Assembly: GCA_965112735.1 (NCBI GenBank)
Contig: OZ218955.1
Location: forward strand, 1,674,001-1,738,000
Direction of reading: 5' to 3'
Source: Phaeosaccion multiseriatum
Taxonomy: Eukaryota > Protista > Ochrophyta, other classes
Length of the DNA stretch: 64,000 nucleotides
The notes beneath the pieces were generated by a model. The model did not search any database. It had not been told where the DNA came from and saw only the letters and a program-made list of their open reading frames with translations. Position numbers and translations under genes: made by a program. Below, piece by piece: positions 41,192 through 52,280 of this stretch; within the stretch, counting starts at the first letter, position 1; every line of letters begins with the position of its first letter.

Positions 41192-41310
41192 TCGACCCCT
41201 GACGCACTATCCGCTATCCGCTATCGCCGGCGCCAGCCGATCCGCTATCTGTTATCGGCCGGCGACCAATAGCGCGCTATCCGGCTGGGCGATAGTGCGT
41301 CAGGGGTCGA
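41192..41310. mobile_element. MITE-like element with perfect 20-bp terminal inverted repeats
   Basis: TCGACCCCTGACGCACTATC (41192-41211) is the exact reverse complement of 41291-41310. GAAAGG flanks both sides (41186-41191, 41311-41316). Several internal GCTATC repeats. Confidence 0.6.
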
Positions 41311-41454
41311 GAAAGGGGGGGAGGGGGGGGAGGGGGGGGGGAATTGAAATTTTGGATATTTTTCTCTTCCCTTTTTTCATGTGGTCTCTAGCACGGCGAC
41401 TCTGAACAGGAGCTGCCAGATGGCACTTAAGGGTGTAATATATTATAGGAGCTG

Positions 41455-41541
41455 CCAGGTAAGGCACCTGGTACAGGAGCTGCCAGGTAAGGCACCTGGT
41501 AAGGCACCTGGTAAGGCACCTGGTAAGGCACCTGGTAAGGC
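41455..41541. repeat. 12-bp tandem repeat (GGTAAGGCACCT)n upstream of ACLY
   Basis: About 5-6 copies, interspersed with AGGAGCTGCCAG. Confidence 0.85.
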
Positions 41542-42024
41542 AAATCACTCCCCACAGTCCAGTCTCCACTTTATCCCATGACCCCCCATCAGATCCTCAG
41601 TGAAGTCCAGGCAGGGAAGTGTCTTTTTGAAGCTCCTCCTCTCTCGGTGGGGTGAAACGGATACGCACGCATTCGACCTTCCTTCCCTTGTTGGTTACTC
41701 AGAATTTTGTCACAATTGGCTTTGTGTGGATCGACCGTCACCCCATTTGGTTCCATCATTTGCGACAGTCTCAGCCCCCCCCCCCTCCCCCATTGGTAAG
41801 ACTTTCAGGATAGAGCTTATCTCTCCCCAACTTAGCGTTGCTGTGCTGCTACCCTTCCTCTGACTGCTGCTGCTGCTGCGGCTTCCTTCATATTATAATT
41901 CGTTGTTTGCCCACTACCTCCCCGTTTTCATGCCCCTTTATTTTATGCCCCTTTGACCGCCTCCGCCCCCGCTTTCCTCGGCCCGCAGCAGAGCAGCCAC
42001 GGATCAGGGCAGCAGTGAACAAAC

Positions 42025-45000
42025 ATGTCAGCCAAAGCCATCCGGGAGTACCACGGCAAGAAGCTTGTGAGCAAGTGGCTCAACGACTATGCAGGCGACC
42101 ATACATGCGACGTTGAGCCTCGCTGCGTGCAGCTCAAGCTTTCGGCCTTCCAAGATGCGCCGAGAGAGGACGTCTACAAGGTTGTGGAGCAGGAAAACCC
42201 CTGGCTGCTCACCACGCCCCTCGTTGTGAAGCCCGACCAGCTCATCAAGCGCAGAGGCAAGGCCGGCCTGCTGGCGGTCAACAAGAAGTGGGGCGAGGTC
42301 ATGGCCTGGGTGGACGAGCGCATGGGCAAGGAGCAGCAGGTGGAGGTGGTCACGGGCATCCTCGACACCTTCATCGTGGAGCCCTTTGTGCCCCACGAGC
42401 AGACCGACGAGTACTATGTGTGCATCAACAGCGACCGCGAAGGGGAGGAGTTCCTGTTTACGCACGAGGGGGGCGTGGACGTGGGGAACGTGGACGAGAA
42501 GGCGCTTCGTCTCGCCGTGCCCATCGGCACGGACCCCACCCTGGAGGCCATCTCCACCTCCCTCTTTGCGCACGTGCCCGAAGAGCGCAAGGACATGCTC
42601 TCCAAGTTCCTTCAGGCCCTCTTCAAGCTCTACCGCGACCTCAACTTTGTCTACATGGAAATCAACCCCATCGTCGTGGTGGGCAACCGCATCACCCCCC
42701 TGGATATGGCGGCAAAGATCGACGAGACGGCCGCCTTCCTGTGCGGGCCCAAGTGGGGCGACATTGACTTCCCCGCCCCCTTCGGCCGCCCGGAGTTCCC
42801 GGAAGAGGCCTACATCAAGAAGCTGGACGCCTCCACAGGGGCAAGCTTGAAGCTCACCATCCTCAACCACAGCGGCCGCGTATGGACCATGGTGGCCGGA
42901 GGAGGCGCCTCCGTGGTGTACGCAGACACCATTTCGGACTACGGTTTCGGAAAGGAGCTGGCCAACTACGGAGAGTACTCGGGGGCCCCTTCCGAGTCTC
43001 AGACCTGTTCCTACGCACGCACCATCCTCGGCCTCATGACGCGCGTCAAGGACCCCAAGGGTAAGGTACTCATCATCGGAGGAGGCATTGCCAACTTTAC
43101 CGATGTGGCCGCCACGTTTACGGGCATCATCACCGCCCTCAAGGGGTATGCCGAGGAGCTGCGCGAGGGAAACATTACTGTTTGGGTCCGCAGGGCGGGG
43201 CCCAACTACCAGGAGGGGCTCACCAAGATGCGCAACGTAAGTAAGGGCGTACCATTCATACACCCACTCTCTGACCTTCTCTCTCTCGCTCTTCTCTGTC
43301 TGTCTCTTTCTCTCTTTTTCGGGAGACCTTTCGGGGCTCTGTCCCTGGCTCTCTCTCTCTCTCTGTACGCGATGCTTGTTTCAGTCTCATTTCACGCAGA
43401 CCGCCTCTCTCTCCTAAACCTCCCCACCCCCCTCCCCGCCACTCTCCCTTCTTTCACCTACCTTCATCCCCAAAGGTCGGGCTCGAGATCGGAGTCCCTA
43501 TCAAAGTGTTCGGGCCCGAGACGCACATCACCGCCGTGGTGCCCATGGCCCTGGGCCTTGTGGAGCAGGGAAGCACTCCCGAGTTCGATCCCGAGATGGA
43601 GACGCAGAGCATGAGCAGGGGCACCTCCAGCAAAGCGCTGTCCCCCTCCGCCACCTCCGCCTCAGACGAGGCAGCCGCAGCAGGAGAGGCCATCGCTGCC
43701 GCCGCTGCCGCCGCCGCTGAGCGTTTGGAGCAGGTAGGCACACACCATACGGTCCAGGACTTTACCCCGACCACCCGTGCCATTGTGTATGGGCTGCAGC
43801 GCCGAGCGGTGCAGGGGATGCTGGACTTTGATTTCATGTGTAAGCGTGAGAAACCTTCCGTGGCCGCCATGGTGTTCCCCTTCAGCGGCAACCACTACCT
43901 CAAGTTCTACTGGGGTACCGCGGAGACGCTCATTCCCGTGTACACGTCCACGGCGGAGGCGTGCCAGAAACACACCGACGCGAGTGTCATGGTGAACTTT
44001 TCATCCTTCCGCTCCGTGTATGAGACGACCATGGACGCTCTCAAGCACGAGCAGCTGAGGACCGTGGCCATCATCGCAGAGGGCGTGCCGGAGAGCCAAA
44101 CAAGAGAGATTATCAAGGAGGCAGACAGCAGGGGGGTGGGACTCATCGGCCCCGCCACGGTGGGCGGCATCAAGCCGGGATGTATGCGCATTGGTAATAC
44201 GGGCGGCATGCTCGACAACATTGTGATGAGCAAGCTGTACCGCGCCGGCTCGGTGGCCTACGTGTCCAAGTCGGGGGGCATGTCCAATGAGCTCAATAAC
44301 ATCATTGCTCGCAACTCCGACGGGGTATACGAGGGTGTGGCCATTGGAGGAGACCGATACCCGGGGACGCGCTTCATTGACCATATTCTTCGCTATCAGG
44401 ACAACCCGGATGTCAAGATGATGGTGTTGCTGGGAGAGGTGAGCGCATGAGGCTTAGGCTTTTTTGGGAGTCTCGAGCTTAATTTCGAGATTGAAATTCA
44501 GTATGTTATTCGATATTCGGGATTCACGGTTCGAGATTCGATAGGGGTTCATTAAGGGTGAGGGTCATGGGCTAGGCACAGGGTTCGGGTTCGGGTCAGG
44601 TTTTGGATCCCTGGAGAGCCCCCTTCTCAAACCCCCCCACCCCCCCTTCCGTGGTTGCTTTTTTTTGTCTTCATTTTTTGAAAGGTAGTGGTGGGGGCCC
44701 CCCTTTTCTAAAACCGTCACACTCTTTACTCCTCTGTGAACATCCCCACCACACGTAACTAACACGTAACTTACACGTAACTAACATGACTCACAATTAG
44801 GTGGGAGGAGTGGACGAGTACGACGTGGTGGATGCCATCAAGTCCGGGCGCGTTACCAAGCCCGTCGTGGCCTGGTGCATCGGCACATGCGCAAGCATCT
44901 TCCCCTTCGAGGTTCAGTTTGGTCATGCGGGCGCGTGCGCGAGAGGCCAGGGGGAAACCGCCGCTGACAAGAACAAGGGCATGAAGGAGGCTGGCATCAT

Positions 45001-46292
45001 CGTGCCGGATAACTTCGACCAGTTCCCGGCCAAGATCAAGGAGACGTTTGACGCCCTGGTCCAGCAAGGGGCCGCGGTGCCGGTGGCCGAGCCTCCTGTA
45101 CCCAAGGTACCCATGGACTACACCTGGGCCAAGCGCCTGGGTCTGGTGCGCAAACCGGCCAACTTCATTAGCTCCATCTCTGACGACCGCGGTGAGGAGC
45201 TGAGCTACGCAGGCATGCCTATCAGCGAGGTGTTTAGCGAGGACTGCGGCGTGGGGGGTGTGCTCAGTTTGCTGTGGTTCCGACGCCGCCTTCCTGCCTA
45301 TGCCACCAAGTTCATCGAAATGATTCTCATGGTGACGGCTGACCACGGACCCGCCGTTTCGGGGGCGCACAACACGATTGTGGCCACCCGTGCGGGCAAG
45401 GACCTGGTGTCGAGTCTGTGCTCGGGCTTGCTTACGATTGGGCCTCGCTTTGGGGGTGCGTTGGACAAGGCGGCGGAGATGTTCACCTCTGGATCGGATG
45501 CGGGGGTGGATGCGGCGCAGTGGGTCAAGGACAAACGCAAGGAGAACCAACTCATCATGGGCATTGGCCATCGCATCAAGTCCCTCTCCAACCCGGACAT
45601 GAGGGTCAACATCATCCGCGACTACGCACAGGTACAGAGGGAGGGAGGGAGGGAGAGAGGGAGGGAGGGAGGGAGGCAAGCAAGTAGTAGCCTCATGCTG
45701 TCTGCAAAACGAACCCACGTTGGTATCAGTAGTTGCTCTCACTTAGAAAAGCCTATTTTACTCTACTCCCACTCACATGCCTCTCCCCTTCCTCCCTTCC
45801 TCCCTCCCTCCCTCCCTCCCCCCCTTCCTCCCTCCCTCCCTCCCTCCCTCCCTCCCTCCCTCCCTCCCTCCCTCCCTCCCTCCGTCCGTCCCTCCCTCCC
45901 TCCCTCCCTCCCTCCCTCCCTCCCTCCCTCCCTCCCTCCCTCCCTCCCTCCCTCCCTCCCTGCCTCTCCTCCCCTTACAGGCGCACTTCAAGAACAACAC
46001 GGTGCTGGACTTTGCTCTCGCTGTGGAGAAGGTGACCACCGCAAAGAAGGAGACGCTCATTCTTAACGTGGACGGGTGCATCGCCGTATGCTTTGTGGAC
46101 CTGCTCCGCAGCTGCGGGGCCTTCACCAAGGAGGAAGCGGACGAACTGATTGCCAACGGGTGTCTGAACGGACTCTTCGTGCTGGGCCGCTCCATGGGCT
46201 TTATCGGACACTTTTTGGACCAAAAGCATCTCAAGCAGCCCCTCTACAGGCACGAGTGGGAGGACATTACCTACATTCAGCAGGAGAAGTGA
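42025..46292 (+). CDS. ACLY: ATP-citrate lyase, single-chain (fused beta+alpha) form, 4 exons
   Basis: Exons 42025-43236, 43476-44438, 44801-45631, 45981-46292. Motifs [85 protein letters not shown], catalytic phospho-His [41 protein letters not shown]. Confidence 0.97.
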
Positions 46293-47241
46293 AGTTCCTG
46301 TTCATGTTCAAGTTTCAAGAAGTTCAAGTACATGGACTGGAAGTGAATGGAGATGGATAGGAAGAGGAGCGCCTAATTCATTATTGGGTTCGGTTTCGTG
46401 GGTTAGTGGGGTGACTTACTTGTGTAGGGAAAGAGGAAAATGGGAGGTATGGAGGGAGAATAGTGTACTGCATGTGTGAGTGTGTGTTGAAGGGTGGTGG
46501 ACCGGAGAAAGAAGCAGCAGCTGATGGGCAGATTGAGCGTCCGTCAGGGGAAGGAGAGTTGGTCTGAAAGAAGGAACAAGAACAAGAAGAAATAAAAGAA
46601 AGAGGGGAAGGGGTCATTTGATGATCGTATTTATTTTGCGCATGGGTATGAAGGATAACGTGAGGATGACGTACGTGTTGAGCAGTGCAGTGTGGTGTTT
46701 GAAATGGAAGGGACGCAAAGCAAAGCAGGCCCGCATGAGGATTTGGGGGGTCTGTAGGAAATGATCGATACCCTGTACAGTACTGCACGCCGGCACAGTA
46801 ACAGAATAGTGGGGGGATAAAATCTACCAAATCTAATTATTATTTCTAATAGCAAGAACTTTCATCATCAGTGGCAGTATTGTGGAGTAGTAGTAATGAA
46901 GCAGAGGGAAAAAAAGGATGATGATGATGATGATGATGATGATAGTGATGAGATGATGGACTTGAAACTGCCACAAGCCGCACGGATCATTTGGGGGTGT
47001 GCCCTACGCCCTCCACACCACTGCCCTTCCGTCTCTTCCTCATATACCTCACCCCTCCTCCCCTACTCAGGCGGGGACAAGTGTGTGGAGCTTTGCGTTC
47101 CCTATCCTCGCTGCTGTATCACCAACTACTGCTGTTGTGCTCTGCTGTATCACCAACTACTGCTGTTGTGCTCTAGGCTCCATCGCTGAAGGGGGTATCA
47201 TTGGGGCTCTTTCCTTCCTCGACCGACCGACCTAACCTAAC

Positions 47242-47306
<65 letters not shown>

Positions 47307-47607
47307 GGAGAGGGAGAGAGAGCTCACGCGCAGTGATCGGGTATCGTAACCGCAGTCTCACTTCCGCCCGGGGATTCGGATGGACATGTACATTTCATTT
47401 GCCATCAAGGTTCTACTAAACTGAGACTGAAATTGAGATGGTACTGCTGCACACACGCACGCACTCACTCACAACACATGGTGCTGACACTATCCCCAAA
47501 GGTGCCGCGTTCAGTCCAGGCTGTCTGCAACCCCTATCCTGACGCTTTCTGAGTCTCCTCTTTTGACGCCCCCTCCCCTCTACGTTGTCATTGTCAGTCA
47601 CTGTCAC

Positions 47608-48467
47608 TCACAAAAGCCATGAATCACCAACATGCATGGCATGCAGGCCCTCCTCCTCCTCCTCCTCCTCCTCCTCCTCCTCCTGCTGCTGCTGCTGCTG
47701 CTTCGCCGTCCAAAGAGGGTCAGAGTGACGCACGCAGCAGGCTTCGATCACGATGAAGACAGCCCCAAACAGGAGGGACCAGCCCCACAGCCCAACCAAG
47801 AACGCGTAGGGAATGGAGGTAGAGAGGTGGAAGTAAGCCTTGTTGGTAGGCCCGGGCCATAGGAAAAGCCTATTGGTTTTAGGCGGGAAACGGGCAGGCA
47901 CACGGTGTATACAGGGGCGGGGGAGAGGGGAGCGCGTGTGGAGAGGGGAGGACGGAAGGAGGGTCAAGGTGCGGCAGTGGAGGGAGAGAGTGGGGGAGAT
48001 GGGGAGGATGGCAGTGGATGGGGGGTCTCTCTCTGTGTGTGTGTATCCTGAAACCCTCTGCCCTGACACATACACCTCTCTGTCCTGACACCCCCTGCCC
48101 CATCCCCTGCCACCCCTTGACCATCCACTGCCATCCCCTGCCCCATCCCCTGCCACCCCTTGCCCATCCACTGCCATCCCCTGGCCATCCACTGCCACCC
48201 CTTGCCCATCCACTGCCATCCCCTGGCCATCCACTGCCACCCCCTCTTACCACGAGTCCAGGCCGAAGAGCAGGGCCAGGCCCACCAGGAGCAGCTTGTT
48301 GGTTTGGAAGGGAGCCTTGAAGGCCATGTAGGCTTGCGTCAGGGCACACGCAGAGCTCAGGTACATGAAGGTGGACGTCAGGAAGAGTACCGTCTGTACA
48401 TGGGAGCGGTCGTGCCGGTTGGCGGCGGGCATGTACCAGTCCTGGAGGAGGAGGAGGAGGAGGGGGA

Positions 48468-48498
<31 letters not shown>

Positions 48499-48593
48499 AG
48501 GAGAAGGAGGTGGAGGAGAGGAGGGGGAGGAGGAGGAGGAGGAGGAGGTGGAGGAGAGGAGGGGGAGGAGGAGGAGGAGGGGGGGGAGGGGGA

Positions 48594-48624
<31 letters not shown>

Positions 48625-51600
48625 GAGGAGGAGGAGGAGGAGGAGGAGGAGGAGGAGGAGGAGGAGGAGGAGGAGGAGGAGGAGGAGAAGGGGGGGGAGA
48701 GTCAGGTCTGCATGAATCGGGAACCCCTCATAGGCAGACATGTACACGCACACGGACACAGACACATGCGCTCACCCATCCACACCCACCCACTCACACA
48801 GACACACACATCTTCATACCTCCCCCCTTCCACACACACACACACACACACACACACATCCACCCGACACACACACCGATCCTCACCCCCGCTCACACCC
48901 ACACCCACACCCACCCACCCACACACCTGCTTGGTGAGTATCAGCACGGGGAGATACTGTCCCAACAATGCGGCTGCAAAGTGCAGAAACACAGCAGCAA
49001 CGAAGGAGCAGGACCTGAGCTTGTGGAACGGTACCCCCTCGGGAGAGAGGCTTGACGCTGAAACCGTCAGATCCAGTAGGATCACCAGGGGGAGTGTGTT
49101 GAAGAGGTCTGGGGAAGGGGTAGGGACAGGAAGGTAGGGAGGGGTGTGAAACACTTTACCATTGCAAAAGATTACGTAAAACTATCGAGAGATACTGTAG
49201 ATAAGGGGGGGGGGTTGTTGGATACTGAGCGAGTGAGGGGGTGGGTGGGGGTCGGGGTGGGGGGGTGGGCGGGTGAGGAGGGTGGGTGGGTAAGTGAGTG
49301 GGTGAGTGAGCGAGTGAGTGGATGAGACAGCGAGTGAGGGATTGAGTGAGTTGACTGATTATCCCGTCATCGTCACGCATCGTTACGCATCGTTACGCAT
49401 CGTTACGTACCGGCCATTACGTATTGACTGTCGGCGAGGTCTAGATTGTTGGCGAAGAGAAGCGAAACGGTCAAGAACTGCGGAGGGGGGAGAAGGGAGG
49501 GGGAGGGGAAGAGGGTGAGAGGCGACACACATAGATGGATGGATCACCATCCAAGGAAAGTGGAAGGCTTTAGTGGAAGGGGAAGGGCAGAAAGGAGGGG
49601 CAGTACATTAGAGAAGGAGAGAGGGCACACACAACACACACATAATACCTGCGTCCCGGCGTACATGAGCATGTATCGAAAGGAAATGAGGCTTGTGGCC
49701 AGCGCCCCTCGGCCCTCCACAAGCAGCGCAACCACCGCCCCGATGTGGGCCAGGCAAGTCGAGAAGGGGGCTGCGATGCTCGGCACGGCAAGGTTCTGAC
49801 CGCTTGCGTTTCTAACAGCATCGAGAGAGGGTACCGCTTGCTCCTCCACCTCCTCTTCCTCTTCTTCTTCTTCTTCTTCTTCTTCTTCTTCTTCTTCTTC
49901 TTCTTCTTCTTCCTCCTCCTCCTCCTCCTCTTCCTCCTCCATCTCCTCCTTCTCATCCTCCCCTCCATCGCCATAGCCGCGATCCAAAGCGCCCTCCAGA
50001 GGGCGCAGTCGTGGGGGAGAGCGAAGAGAGGGAATGGAGCCGTAGCGCTTCTCCCGTGCACTCGAGGGTAGGGATGATTCTCCTCCACCTATTCTTCTTG
50101 GTCTTGTTCCTACTCCTCTCCCTCCTGCTGCTCCTGTTCCATCCTCTCCACCATCTTGCTCACTCCCCTCGGGTAGCCCCCCCTCGGGCATGCCCCCCTC
50201 GGGCACCACCAGTACTTCGTGGCCTGCGATGCTGAGGCCCACATCAGCGGCCTTGAGGGCGAAAGAGTCGTTGGCACCGTCCCCCACCATACACACGCAG
50301 TGGCCCAGTCTCTGAGTGTCAGGACAGGGAGGGAGGGGAGGGAGGACAGCGAAGTGATTTGCATCAGGACAGTGAGGGAGTGTGTCGGGACGGTCAGTGA
50401 GTGTCAGAATCAGCGCTATATGCCTGCCTGTCCATACGCCTGTCTGCCTCTATACCGTACCTGCAGGGTGGAGACGATCCTCTGCTTCTCCTTTGGCTTG
50501 GCCCTGGCAAACACTCTCGCTGCCCGCATCACAACCTCCAGGGGGGACACAGGCACCGCGTCCCCCTCCGGACCTAAGCCCCTCTGCTGCCCCCCCTCCT
50601 CCTCCAAGTCGAAGAAAAGATCATCTCCTCCTCCTCCTCCTCCTCCTCCTCCTCCTCCTCCTCCTCCTCCTCCTCCTCTTGCTGCTGCTGCTGCCGCTGC
50701 TCCTGCTGCTCCTGCTGCTGCTCCTCCTCCTCCTTCTCCTGCTCCTCCTCCACCACCGCTCCCCCCCACCCTACCAGTGAGTGAGTGGCCAGGTCTGTCA
50801 TCCTCCCCAAGCTGGGCGTACGCTCCGCGTCCCCCCCGCCCAAAAGACTTGTGCATCTGCTTCTTCTTCATCCTGCTCCACACACGACCAAAGTACCCTC
50901 CATTGCGGCTACTACTAGTCATGCCGCCGCCGTTTCCTTCGGAGACATGCATCTCCACTGCTGCACCACCACAACCACCACCACTGCCGTCGCTATCCGT
51001 GCTGCTGGTGCCCATGCCACCACCCCACCGACGCCGAGGTCTGAGCTTCCTCCTTCCGGGCCACACCTGTCCGTACTCGCTGAGGTGATGCGAGTAGAGC
51101 ACCGAGAACGCAGCCCCGGTCACTGCGAGGCACGCCCGCTCATGCGATAGCAGCGAAGCACAAGTACCAGCACTATTTGCACTCCTCCCACTGCCGCTCG
51201 CATACAAAATTGCCTCGCTGCTACGATTCCCAGCACCTTGTTCTCTCCCTCCCACGTTGGCAGCTGTCGCGGAACAGCCGTCGTCCTCCCCCTCCTCCTC
51301 CTCCTCCTCCTCCTCCTCCTCCTCCTCTTCCTCTTCCTCTTCGTGGCTGCGGTGGCAAGCGGCGTAGAAAGCGCGACTCTTCGGAGAGTCTCGGAGGGCG
51401 GCGAGGAGTGGGATCGATGCCTGCTCAAGGCTGGCATCGTTGCTGCTACCGCTGCTACGAATTCGGGCGCCATTTGCATCTATTCGGCTGAGAACGACAT
51501 CGCGGATGCCCAGCTCACCTCCTGCGTCAAGGACAAAGCAAAGAGAGGAGAGAGAGAGAAACGACGATTAGCGGTGGCGAAGAAGAGAGAGAGGGCGACA

Positions 51601-52224
51601 ACGCGAGAGAACGAGAGAGTGAGAGAGAGCGAAAGGAAAAAGAGAGGGCGACTAGACAAGGGTGGGAGGTAGCACGGGTCACCCTCTAGCAGTCGCCAAT
51701 TGTGAAGGGTTGCTCCTCACCCTCACCTGTCTCACTTGGCTCCCGGACGTCAACGAGAAATTCCCCCGCAGGGACAGGGCTTGTGTTCCTCTCCAACCCC
51801 CCTCGTGCTGTATCACCACCTGCTACTCCACCCCCTCTTCCCCCCACGATGAAGCTGCCCACCCCTTCGCCATGCCTCCCCATGTCCCCTTCTCCCCTCC
51901 TCCTCTTCCTTCCGTTCTTTCCACTCCTTCGACAGTCACTGCTGTCGTCACCGCTACTGCCACCGCCACATCCGCTTGGCCCCAATCCGCTGGACCTTAA
52001 GCCGCTTGACCACAAGCCGCTTGACGCACACTCCCTGGCCACCGCCACTGCCGTGAGCACATTGTCCCCTGTGATGATGCACTGCCGCAGACCGGCGCCT
52101 GCCACCTCCTCCAGTACAGGTACCTAAAGCCCAGGAGAGAGAGGACAGGAGAGAGAGGACAGGAGAGAGAGGGGAGGACCGGCACAGGAGAGAAGAGACA
52201 GAGTCAGGCCCTTTCAAGACACTG

Positions 52225-52280
<56 letters not shown>

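Noticed and set aside
42028-45742. Long antisense ORFs (411 aa, 323 aa) opposite ACLY
   Set aside because: Expected from strong GC3 codon bias; no independent motifs.
49159-49200. Candidate small P5B exon (YLSIVLRNLLQW)
   Set aside because: It would create a stop on joining. The exon at ~49477-49411 (FLTVSLLFANNLDLADSQYVMA|D) fits both phase and family consensus.
50416-51479. Apparent frameshift in the P5B ATPase between two listed ORFs
   Set aside because: The exon starting near 51522 reads continuously into the 50416-51255 frame. The break only reflects start-codon choice in the ORF track.
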